DNA of 64,000 bases from contig CAVWCX010000014.1 of the NCBI GenBank assembly GCA_963753595.1, positions 1 to 64,000 on the forward strand, written 5' to 3'. This DNA comes from Candidatus Methanoperedenaceae archaeon (GTDB taxonomy: Archaea > Halobacteriota > Methanosarcinia > Methanosarcinales > Methanoperedenaceae). A program made the position numbers and the translations under genes. The notes below the pieces were generated by a model. That model saw only the letters and a program-made list of their open reading frames with translations, was not told where the DNA came from and searched no databases. This document shows positions 11,333 through 20,167 of the stretch, piece after piece (the first letter of the stretch is position 1; each line of letters begins with the position of its first letter).

Positions 11333-11688
11333 ATTTATAAAAGGAGGACATGTTAGTTAAGTTTTTCGTTCAAAATTCAAATGTTGCTGTCTTAATAACT
11401 AATAGGTAATTGTAATTAAAATTCATCTTACAAGAAATAAAATAAATCCAATTATCATAAAACTACATATATAATATATATTTAAAAACAACCTTGATAA
11501 GAGCTCAAACTGGGAGATTTCGCATAGGAGCAGGGGGAAGATAATGGAAGAAGATCAAGGAAAAATAGCAAAAGGGTTGATAAAGCTACGTAAGCTATCG
11601 CTTATGGCAGAGTAGTGGGTAGTTATCGCATCTAATTCTAAATTATACGACATTTTTCATGCCCCACATTATGCTACCATCGGAAGGC

Positions 11689-12801
11689 TCATTGCTCATC
11701 CCCCATCGTGCGCCCCTCCAGCATCCTGCGTGTATGCTCAAGCTCTGCTGCAAGTACTTTCTCATCCGGTAGAGCCATGCGGTATTCCGCTGCCAGAACT
11801 TTATTTGGCAGCCCTTCAAGAGCATATCGGGCAACAGCCGCATCTTTCTCTGCACAGAGAATCAACCCCACCGGAGGGTTCTCATCTTTATGTGTCCAGT
11901 TCTCACGGGCATAATTGAGATAAAGGTGCATCTGTCCAGCATCAGCATGTGTAAATTTGCCCACTTTAAGATCAATAATGACAAGACATCGCAGGATCCG
12001 GTGGAAGAAAACAAGATCGACACGGAACCACTGGTCGCCAATGCGAAGGCGGCGTTGCCTGCCAATGAATGCAAAATCTTCACCCAGTTCAAGCAGGAAT
12101 TTTTCCAAATGCTGGACGAGTGCTTCTTCCAGATCATTTTCTGAATATTCATCCTTAAGGTTCAGGAACTCCAGGACAAACGGGTCCTTTATCTCTTCCT
12201 CAGGTGTTACAATATCCTCCGGCTTTGCTTCTGTTCCTTTCTTAAGCATTGCTGCTTTGTTTTTTGAAAGCAGCGTGCGTTCGTAAAAGAGTGTCGAAAT
12301 CTGTCTATCGAGCTGGCGCACCGACCATCCACCATTTAGGGCTTCAGCTTCATAAAAGGCGCGAGCATCAGGTTTATTCACAGAGAGCAAACGAACATAA
12401 TGTGACCAGGGGAGAGAAAAACGCTTCAATAAAATGTTCTCAACAATAGCGCCATTAGATTTCGCAGACAGTGTCTGCGAAATTGGCCAGCCAACGTAAA
12501 AAAGCCGCATCTGTTCAAGATTACGTTCAGAGAATCCCCGCCCAAATCGGGCTTTTAAATCAACACTCAGCTTTTTCAACAGCTGCTTACCATATTCAGC
12601 GCGCTTCGCTCCAACCTGTTCAGACTCAACAATTCGTCTCCCTATTTCCCAATATGTCGCAGTCATAATTGAATTGATCGTTCGCGCTGAGGCTCTACGC
12701 GCCGATTCGAGCAGATCAATAACATCAGAAAGGACGGTATCGTAACCAATAATGGAGGTGTCGTCATTCATTATTGCTATTTTCTTAGAGCTTTTGGCCA
12801 T
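11689..12801 (-). CDS. YhcG/DUF1016 family PD-(D/E)XK nuclease
   Basis: YWEIGRRIVE, LPWSHY, KDPFVLEFL, FLLELG..FAFIGRQ, DLVFFHRILRCLVIIDLK, GQMHLYLNY. Confidence 0.92.
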   Translation of the reverse strand: MAKSSKKIAIMNDDTSIIGYDTVLSDVIDLLESARRASARTINSIMTATYWEIGRRIVESEQVGAKRAEYGKQLLKKLSVDLKARFGRGFSERNLEQMRLFYVGWPISQTLSAKSNGAIVENILLKRFSLPWSHYVRLLSVNKPDARAFYEAEALNGGWSVRQLDRQISTLFYERTLLSKNKAAMLKKGTEAKPEDIVTPEEEIKDPFVLEFLNLKDEYSENDLEEALVQHLEKFLLELGEDFAFIGRQRRLRIGDQWFRVDLVFFHRILRCLVIIDLKVGKFTHADAGQMHLYLNYARENWTHKDENPPVGLILCAEKDAAVARYALEGLPNKVLAAEYRMALPDEKVLAAELEHTRRMLEGRTMGDEQ

Positions 12802-12924
12802 CGTTTATTTCCATAAATCCTATATCTTTATAGTTAAACACCGATAAAATCTCTTGCTAATGTGCGGGACTATTTCAATCATATTTTTATCTATAATCTC
12901 TTTGCTTGCCTCCCCCCTCATCTT

Positions 12925-13260
12925 CTAAAGTCTTGATCCTTTGATTTTATCAGTCTTCACAGTCGTTTCCCCAAGAACTCTCTTCATCAGGGGAGCATCC
13001 CCGAATACATCCTCACGCTTGCCTTTTTTGTTAAAATAAATAGCTACAAGCTGAATTGTAAGTCCAATTGTTTCATTACCCGGATTTGCTACTGTGAAAA
13101 TCATCCCGATATATGCAAGCCCCCCCATTATCATACCGCGAAGCGCCCCTTTCCTGTAAGATACAAGTTTTGTGCGCCTGTATATCCTGATATCACGCAG
13201 TGTAAGGAAAATTATGGAAACAAATACGAATGCTGCAATATATATTGAACTCGAAGTCAT
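12925..13260 (-). CDS. Small conserved membrane protein, translationally coupled to the HARP gene
   Basis: Three TM segments; [21 protein letters not shown]; ATGA overlap. Confidence 0.7.
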   Translation of the reverse strand: MTSSSIYIAAFVFVSIIFLTLRDIRIYRRTKLVSYRKGALRGMIMGGLAYIGMIFTVANPGNETIGLTIQLVAIYFNKKGKREDVFGDAPLMKRVLGETTVKTDKIKGSRL

Positions 13261-13952
13261 ATCATGCTGGCCACTTTTTCGGGTTTTATTCTTTTTAAAT
13301 ATTCTTTTATCATGGAAGGGAAGGATTTTGCTTCAACGAAACGAAGTCCGAGCTGCTCAGCCCATTTTTGTATCCCCATATCGCTTGCCACTACAGCCGC
13401 GTCAAGCTCTTTGGCAAGTAGCAAAACATCAATATCAGGAGCGCTGTCAAGAATTCCATAACGCAATGCATTCCGGTATTTATCCCTGAAGGAATTTATT
13501 ATACCGCCGATCACATTTCGTTCTATATCAGGCTCTATTTCGTGTTTTGTTTTGGCTTTGGTGGTTCGAAAAAGGCACTCTGTTGCAGATTCCCAGATCG
13601 CGTCCTCAGCTACGTTCATTCCCTTATTGATGCGCCCGCGCATGAAATCCACATAATCATAAAAGATCTTTGAAGGGATCTTCACTTCATACCTGTCAGG
13701 GGTTTTCTTAACAAGCCAGGTATCGATCTTGGCAAGGGTATCCTCGCCGCAGCCGTTATTCTTTGCAAATTCCCTCATCTCGGTATATACGGAAGGATAA
13801 GGGATATAGCAGCTGATGCCAAGATGGAGGCGCGCCTCTGCAATGATATCAAGGATACCTCCCATTGCGGTATCCAGATTTCCACCCTCAAGCTCACGTG
13901 TCTGTGTATCGGTCAGGGCGCTTGTATCAAGAACGAATCTTTGTCTGATCAT
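13257..13952 (-). CDS. HARP (Homolog of Aquifex RNase P), RNA-free RNase P of the PIN_5 / 'RNA ligase partner' family
   Basis: [70 protein letters not shown]. Confidence 0.88.
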   Translation of the reverse strand: MIRQRFVLDTSALTDTQTRELEGGNLDTAMGGILDIIAEARLHLGISCYIPYPSVYTEMREFAKNNGCGEDTLAKIDTWLVKKTPDRYEVKIPSKIFYDYVDFMRGRINKGMNVAEDAIWESATECLFRTTKAKTKHEIEPDIERNVIGGIINSFRDKYRNALRYGILDSAPDIDVLLLAKELDAAVVASDMGIQKWAEQLGLRFVEAKSFPSMIKEYLKRIKPEKVASMI

Positions 13953-14150
13953 ATATATAATTAATATTACTTATATCCGGATTTGCTGCTATTTAATAAT
14001 ATCATTCTCACGTAAATATAAAAAGCTTTAGCTTGTTCGTAATTCCTGGAGTTCTCATGATCATTCATTATAATCATTATAATTATTTATATTAATACAG
14101 TGATAAATTATATATAATACGAGGCACACTTCAAATGTTGAGGATTTATC

Positions 14151-14444
14151 ATGAAAATAAGTGAATTAATTCAGGAATTTGTTCCTTGTGAAATATGCGG
14201 GAATACTGATGTAAAAAATTTCTATTTCCATGTTTTAGTGGATAAGGGTTCCCAGCCATACGTAAAATGTTGTGAATGCGAAGAAGAATTCTATTCGGCA
14301 AGTGCAGAAAATATCCTTTCCAGGGTAAAAAGATCAAGGCATGCAAGAACCGTACCAGAAATAACCTTCAAAAATAATATTGATATAAGCCAGATAGATC
14401 AAGAGTCACTACATCCTCTTGTTAAAGTCCTGGCCCAGATGTAA
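14151..14444 (+). CDS. Small Zn-ribbon-like hypothetical protein
   Basis: CEICG...CCECE paired CxxC motifs; SD-like gagg upstream. Confidence 0.6.
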   Translation: MKISELIQEFVPCEICGNTDVKNFYFHVLVDKGSQPYVKCCECEEEFYSASAENILSRVKRSRHARTVPEITFKNNIDISQIDQESLHPLVKVLAQM

Positions 14445-14519
14445 ATATTGGGATATTCAAAGTTGATCTCCAGGGATTTACAATAGCTTTATATTAATCC
14501 CAAATAATATAATCCCACC

Positions 14520-15095
14520 ATGAGGGAATCAAAAGTATCGAGAAAAACAAATGAGACCAATATAGAACTGAAGCTCAATCTGGATGGATCAGGAAATACC
14601 GATATCGATACAGGTATCGCGTTCTTTGACCACATGCTTAATTCATTTTCAAAACACGGCTCTTTTGATCTTATGATAAAAGCACGCGGCGACCTCACTG
14701 TTGATGACCATCACACTGTAGAAGATGTGGGCATTACACTTGGAAGCGCTATTTCAAAAGCCCTTGGAGATAAAAAGGGTATTGAACGATTCGCAGATGC
14801 GCGTGTTCCCATGGATGAGGCGCTTGCAGCGTCAGCGGTCGATATCAGCGGACGCAGCTTCCTTGTGTTCAATGGGAAATTCACAGATCCGAAGATAGGT
14901 GGATTAAGCTCCCAGAATATTCGCCATTTTTTCGAATCATTGACAGGTAATGCCGGGATCAATGTACACCTTGATGTTACCGGTGAGAATGACCATCACA
15001 AAGCAGAAGCGCTTTTTAAGGCATTCGGGATCGCTTTAAAAAGAGCCGTAAAAATAACAGGTTCAGGTGTCCCAAGTACAAAAGGTGTCCTGTAA
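14520..15095 (+). CDS. hisB: Imidazoleglycerol-phosphate dehydratase
   Basis: [40 protein letters not shown]. Confidence 0.97.
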   Translation: MRESKVSRKTNETNIELKLNLDGSGNTDIDTGIAFFDHMLNSFSKHGSFDLMIKARGDLTVDDHHTVEDVGITLGSAISKALGDKKGIERFADARVPMDEALAASAVDISGRSFLVFNGKFTDPKIGGLSSQNIRHFFESLTGNAGINVHLDVTGENDHHKAEALFKAFGIALKRAVKITGSGVPSTKGVL

Positions 15096-15108
15096 AATTT
15101 TGAGCTGC

Positions 15109-15951
15109 TTATAAAATTTTATTCGCAAAGCTTCCTGCGATAAAAGCAAGCAAAGCAAAGAACATGGCGACTTTAAAATATTTTGAAGACGCTGTGGCAT
15201 TTTTTTTCAGGATCATGAACATTGCATAAAGAAATATCACGTCAGCCATCCCCACGAAAAAAAGATAATATTCATTGAATAAGGCCATTAAATAGGGCAA
15301 AGGACTCAGTATTACAGCAAGGAGTCCGAATGCGCAGGCTGCATAAGCGGCTGGTTTTTCACCTATCAGTATGGGAAGCGTTGTGGCGCCGTCTTTCCTG
15401 TCTCCTTCCATATCCTCGATGGTCTTTACTATCTCACGTGCAAATGTGGCAAGCATCGACAGGAAAAATAAGATTAAAGTCACCTGGATCCCTTTTCCGC
15501 CATAAGCTGCGCCGCCAAACAGGAATGTAGAACCTGTCAGGTAACTGACGCTGAAATTCCCGACAAAAACCTTTCTTTTAAGGTAGGACGCGTAGAAATA
15601 CAGAAGAAATGAGTTGAATGCTGCAATTAATAAAGGAATATGGTCGGAACCAATAAAATATGAAGTTATTATACCTGTGGCAAATAATACAATTGAAAAC
15701 CGAAAAGCGCAATTCCTGGTAATTCTTCCTGAAGGTATGGGTCGATCAGGGCGATTGATCGCATCAATACCCGAATCGAAATAATCATTGATGGCATTCC
15801 CGGCGCCTGTGATAACAAAAACCGTGATAAATATCAGCCCCATCCATAAGAGTTCTCCAGGAGCCGCGCTGTAAGCGATGGCTGCGCCAATTACCGCAGC
15901 AAATCCTGCCATGGCGCAGTTCTTGTACCGCATCAGCTCAAGATAGACCAT
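15109..15951 (-). CDS. Digeranylgeranylglyceryl phosphate synthase (UbiA family)
   Basis: GNAINDYFDSGIDAINRPDRPIPSG and AREIVKTIEDMEGD motifs. Confidence 0.9.
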   Translation of the reverse strand: MVYLELMRYKNCAMAGFAAVIGAAIAYSAAPGELLWMGLIFITVFVITGAGNAINDYFDSGIDAINRPDRPIPSGRITRNCAFRFSIVLFATGIITSYFIGSDHIPLLIAAFNSFLLYFYASYLKRKVFVGNFSVSYLTGSTFLFGGAAYGGKGIQVTLILFFLSMLATFAREIVKTIEDMEGDRKDGATTLPILIGEKPAAYAACAFGLLAVILSPLPYLMALFNEYYLFFVGMADVIFLYAMFMILKKNATASSKYFKVAMFFALLAFIAGSFANKIL

Positions 15952-16859
15952 TAATCACCGCGCCCCACTTCCAGCATCCGGTCAAGAGACTTTTTTGCTT
16001 TTATCCTGATATCTTCAGGGATTTTTATAATATGTTCATTATTTTCAAGAGCCCTGATAATACTCCCAAGAGTATTCATTTTCATGTTGGGACAGACGGC
16101 TAAACTTGTAGCAGGTATAAAGATCTTATCGGGATTTTCCTTTCGCAGCCTGTGCAAAAGCCCAAGTTCTGTACCTATGATGAATTCCCTGGAATTAGAT
16201 TGTTTTGCATATTTTAGCATACCTGCAGTACTGAGGACCTGGTCTGCAAGTGATACCACATCAGGCCTGCATTCGGGATGAACAAGAATTTGCGCATCGG
16301 GATGCTCTTCTTTTTCAAGAAGAATATCACCCGGAAGTATCATGTGATGGGTAGGACAATAGCCATTCCACGGGATGATTTTTTTAGTAGTATGGGCAGA
16401 AACATAAAGAGCAAGATTCCTGTCCGGAACAAAGATTATTTCGTTCTCAGGAAGCGCATTCACCACTTTTACCGCATTTGCTGATGTGCAACAGATATCA
16501 CTTTCTGCTTTAACAGAAGCTGGCGTATTTACATAACAAACAACAGCAGCATCAGGATATTTCTTTTTTTCAACCTTTAATGATGCAGGTGTTATCATAG
16601 CTGCCATGGGGCATTGGGCACTTGTTTCAGGCATGAGGACAGTCTTTTCAGGATTTAGTATGGCAGCACTTTCAGCCATGAAATCAACACCGCAAAAGAC
16701 GATTGTTTCTGCTCCGCTATCAACTGCTTTCTGGCTCAGGCCGAATGAATCCCCCACAAAATCCGCAACATCCTGCACTTCGTCGCGCTGGTAATTATGG
16801 GCAAGGATTATTGCATTCTTCTCTTTTATTAACTGTTTTATCCTTTTGATTTCGTCCAT
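15951..16859 (-). CDS. nadA: Quinolinate synthase
   Basis: ILAHNYQ, FCGVDFMAE, CPMA, HPEC, CPNMK. Confidence 0.97.
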   Translation of the reverse strand: MDEIKRIKQLIKEKNAIILAHNYQRDEVQDVADFVGDSFGLSQKAVDSGAETIVFCGVDFMAESAAILNPEKTVLMPETSAQCPMAAMITPASLKVEKKKYPDAAVVCYVNTPASVKAESDICCTSANAVKVVNALPENEIIFVPDRNLALYVSAHTTKKIIPWNGYCPTHHMILPGDILLEKEEHPDAQILVHPECRPDVVSLADQVLSTAGMLKYAKQSNSREFIIGTELGLLHRLRKENPDKIFIPATSLAVCPNMKMNTLGSIIRALENNEHIIKIPEDIRIKAKKSLDRMLEVGRGD

Positions 16860-16972
16860 ATTTAAGGGTCAAACATTATCCTATTGCTTAAATTGTTTTG
16901 TGTAGCGTTAAATTAATATCATATTAGTTATCTTAGTTAATACTCAATATGATAACAAATATGATCCACACA

Positions 16973-17034
16973 CAACCAGATTTGGTAAAGTATATGGTAA
17001 CAAACAACGACTATTAGTAACCAGATATAGTTTA
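16973..17034. promoter_or_regulatory. Candidate tandem operator (NrdR-box-like) upstream of nrdH-nrdD
   Basis: Two related imperfect palindromes, caACCAGATTTGGTaa (16973) and taACCAGATATAGTtt (17018), in the divergent nadA/nrdH intergenic region. Confidence 0.35.
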
Positions 17035-17086
17035 AAAAACCGTTATAAGCTTTGAAATTAATTGTGATTTAGAAGGAGATAAAAGC

Positions 17087-17350
17087 ATGCACGGCGTCAT
17101 AATATATTCAACAAAAAACTGTCCGAATTGCATGGTATTAAAGCAATTCATGGAAAACATAAAAATACAATTCACAGAGGTAGATATGGCTACCCCGGCG
17201 GCATTGACAGAACTGAGGATGAACGGCGTATTCACGATGGCTGCGCCGGTGCTGCAAATAGGCAATAAATTCCATACATATAATGAGTTATTCACTCAAA
17301 ACAGGATCAACCAGGGCAAGGTTGAATCCCTTATTAAAGACGTTACATAG
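17087..17350 (+). CDS. NrdH/glutaredoxin-like redoxin
   Basis: YSTKNCPNC CxxC motif, APVLQIG; directly upstream of the class III RNR as in Methanosarcina. Confidence 0.85.
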   Translation: MHGVIIYSTKNCPNCMVLKQFMENIKIQFTEVDMATPAALTELRMNGVFTMAAPVLQIGNKFHTYNELFTQNRINQGKVESLIKDVT

Positions 17351-17419
17351 AGCGGTGACAGGAACCAAGGGTACTGGTTCCCAAACCCCGAACAAAAACT
17401 GCATGACTGAACAAATGAG

Positions 17420-19831
17420 GTGAAAAATAAGATGGGCAAGTATATAGAAGTACAGATAACGAATCTTATGGAAGAACATAAGGAAGAACTGTATAACACT
17501 TTTGCAGCAGAAAAGGAGCAAAAACAGGCAAATCCGGAACCAATAATAAGACAAAAACCAAAAGAAGTCCAGACTATACAGAAAACACTCGGGGGGTCGC
17601 TTGTTTCAACTATCCCGAAGGTCAGGACAACAGACGGCCACCTTATGGATTGGGACAGGGACACGATCGTAAAACAGCTTCTTAAAGAAACAAAGCTTTG
17701 CGAGCAGTTCTATGAGACTGCCGGCATCAACGAAGAAGAAGCAAAAGGGATAGCCAAAGAAACAGAGAAAAGGATAAAGGAAATGAACGTAAAGTTCCTC
17801 TCAGGTCCTCTTGTCCGGGAACTTGTCAATATTATACTGCTTGAACATGGCCATACTGAATGGCGAAACATTTCAACAAGAGTGGGAACGCCTGTTTTTG
17901 ACGCTTACCGCATAGATATGGGTTCAGGTTTTGAGGCCAGGGACAATGCGAACCTTCAGGAGAATGCAGAGACAAGCCACAAGAAAAAAGCAGACAAGAT
18001 GAGCAAGGAACAATACCTTCTCATGATCCCTCCAAAACTTGCCGACTCACACCTTAATGGCGACATACATATTCATGATCTGGAATATTTCGGAACACGT
18101 GCGTTTTGCCAGGACTGGGACTTGCGGTATTTCTTCTACTACGGCCTAATGCCGGATGGCAGCGGTACAAAAGCAAGTGTTGCAGGACCTGCAAAGAAAG
18201 CAGAAGTGGCAATCCTTCACGCTGTGAAAGCCCTTGGCAGCGCCCAGACGAATTTTGCCGGAGGCCAGGGATTCTATAATTTCCTTACATTCATGGCTCC
18301 TTATTTTGAAGGCATGAGCTATGACCAGATCGAGCAGCTCACACAGATGTTCGTTTATGAAATGACCCAGATGATGGTGGCACGCGGAGGCCAGCTGGTC
18401 TTCTCCTCTGTCCAGCTCTCCCCCGGTGTCCCATTACTCTGGCGTGACAAACCTGTGGTTTATAAAGGATGTGTATGGGACGGCGTGCAGGCTCCCAGTC
18501 GCACGTATGGCGAGTTCGAGCGCGAGGTAAGACTTGGCTTTGAAGCTATGATGAACGTAATGCTAAAAGGCGATTACTGGGGAAAACCTTTCAATTTCCC
18601 CAAACCTGAGATAAGCCTTGAGCCTGATTTCATGATCGAGAATGAAGAATTCAACCGTGCACATCCTGAGCTCTTGAGCTACAATGAACTTTACACCAAA
18701 GCATTTGAGCTTGCGGCACGCTACGGAACTCCTTATTTTGATAACCAGCTTCCCGAATACAGGGGCGCAGGAAAAGGCATTAGCTGCTACCAGTGCTGTG
18801 CATATAATTTCTCATCTTCACACGATAAGGATACGGAGTTCGAGGATAAGTTGTATTTCCGTGAAGGAAAGCATTTCTCGATGGGGGCATGGCAGGTAGT
18901 TTCACTTAACTGCCCGCGTGGGGCATATAAGGCCAAAAAGGACGACGATGCGCTTTTCCATGAATTGAAGAACATGATGGACCAGTGCGTAGAACTCTTC
19001 AAAGTGAAGAAGAAATGGATGGATATCGTGATCGCAAATGGAAGGATGCCATTCGTTACCCAGAGGCCAAAGGACCCATTCACAATGACCCACGGGCAGA
19101 TAGCTGTTGATACAAAGGGGCTTGTCTATACTATAGGTGTCGTTGGAATTAACGAGATGGTCCAGCACCATACCGGAAAGCAGATACATGAAAGTGAAGA
19201 GGCGCGCCGTCTTGCTATCCGCGCCATGTTCGAGATGAAGTTCTATGCAAAGGAGCTTTCAGAGAAGTTTGGCATGGAGATAGCGCTTGCAAGAACACCG
19301 GCCGAAACAACAGCCCAGAGGTTTGCGGTGTCGGATATCCTGCACAAGGAATACAGGAAATGCGCTGAGCCAATAATAAAAGGTAATGTTCCGGAAGCAT
19401 TGAAGCATATCTCGGAAACAAGAGACCTGCCGATCTATTACACAAATGGTACGCATATACCGCCAAATGCAGATGTGTCTCTCCCGCAGCGCATCAAGCT
19501 TGAGGAAACCTTTTTCCCGATCGTGGATGGAGGCAATATCCTCGATATCTGGCTTGGGGAAGCGGCGCCGGACCCGCATGGCCTTAAGGAATTTGCAATG
19601 AACATTGCTAAGAATACGCAGGTCGGTTATTTTGCTTTCACGAAGGACATGACAGTGTGTATGGATGATTTCCATGTGGCTTCAGGGCTGCTGGATGAAT
19701 GCCCCAACTGCGAAAGCGATAATGTGGAGCATCTTTCACGTGTGACCGGGTATATCCAGGCTGTGAGCGGATGGAATGAAGGAAAGAAGCAGGAGCTAAA
19801 GGACAGGAAGAGGTATGGGGTGGGAGCGTGA
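17420..19831 (+). CDS. nrdD: Anaerobic (class III) ribonucleoside-triphosphate reductase; exact start uncertain
   Basis: ATP-cone-like region, GDIHIHDLEY, CYQCCAY, TPAETTAQRF, YYTNGTH, C-terminal CPNC and glycyl-radical motif SRVTGY. Confidence 0.95.
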   Translation: MKNKMGKYIEVQITNLMEEHKEELYNTFAAEKEQKQANPEPIIRQKPKEVQTIQKTLGGSLVSTIPKVRTTDGHLMDWDRDTIVKQLLKETKLCEQFYETAGINEEEAKGIAKETEKRIKEMNVKFLSGPLVRELVNIILLEHGHTEWRNISTRVGTPVFDAYRIDMGSGFEARDNANLQENAETSHKKKADKMSKEQYLLMIPPKLADSHLNGDIHIHDLEYFGTRAFCQDWDLRYFFYYGLMPDGSGTKASVAGPAKKAEVAILHAVKALGSAQTNFAGGQGFYNFLTFMAPYFEGMSYDQIEQLTQMFVYEMTQMMVARGGQLVFSSVQLSPGVPLLWRDKPVVYKGCVWDGVQAPSRTYGEFEREVRLGFEAMMNVMLKGDYWGKPFNFPKPEISLEPDFMIENEEFNRAHPELLSYNELYTKAFELAARYGTPYFDNQLPEYRGAGKGISCYQCCAYNFSSSHDKDTEFEDKLYFREGKHFSMGAWQVVSLNCPRGAYKAKKDDDALFHELKNMMDQCVELFKVKKKWMDIVIANGRMPFVTQRPKDPFTMTHGQIAVDTKGLVYTIGVVGINEMVQHHTGKQIHESEEARRLAIRAMFEMKFYAKELSEKFGMEIALARTPAETTAQRFAVSDILHKEYRKCAEPIIKGNVPEALKHISETRDLPIYYTNGTHIPPNADVSLPQRIKLEETFFPIVDGGNILDIWLGEAAPDPHGLKEFAMNIAKNTQVGYFAFTKDMTVCMDDFHVASGLLDECPNCESDNVEHLSRVTGYIQAVSGWNEGKKQELKDRKRYGVGA

Positions 19832-20088
19832 AGGAGATGGCCTTAATGTTTTCAAATAAAGCCATAAAGCCTGTGAATAATAACCTTCGTCCCTGGTTAT
19901 ATAAAGCCTCGAAAGAAGAAAGGCTTGAAATGGCAAGGCAGATAGCCTCAACGGTTGAAACGACTGATGAGGAATTATCTTATTTTGATACATCGAATCT
20001 CGAGAATATGCCAAAAGAGGAAAGGACCTGGCTTGCGAAGAAGATCGTGTCATCTATCCCGCATGTGCGGGGATATACTGGATGTTAG
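19828..20088 (+). CDS. Small hypothetical protein coupled to nrdD
   Basis: GTGA overlap with the nrdD stop; internal repeat KEERLEMARQIAST / KEERTWLAKKIVSS. Confidence 0.6.
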   Translation: MKEMALMFSNKAIKPVNNNLRPWLYKASKEERLEMARQIASTVETTDEELSYFDTSNLENMPKEERTWLAKKIVSSIPHVRGYTGC

Positions 20089-20167
20089 GGGGAGGGATGT
20101 GCAAGATATTAGATAATTATGTGCAAGAATTTCAGAGATATTAGTTTATTCAAATAAGGTTTCAATT

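Noticed and set aside
12895-12925. ctctttgcttgcctcccccc and the purine-rich tract at 11500-11576 as extra degenerate copies of the 110-bp repeat
   Set aside because: Similarity is short and low-complexity; cannot be supported without a profile search
17361-17381. ggaacca-N7-tggttcc hairpin between nrdH and nrdD as a riboswitch
   Set aside because: Only a 7-bp stem with no further conserved structure recognisable
2896-19831. Inteins in AtpA or NrdD
   Set aside because: Lengths are normal and no intein splice or LAGLIDADG motifs were seen
20097-20128. atgtgcaaga direct repeat at the left island edge as a target-site duplication
   Set aside because: Both copies are on the same side, 22 bp apart; no matching copy seen at the right boundary
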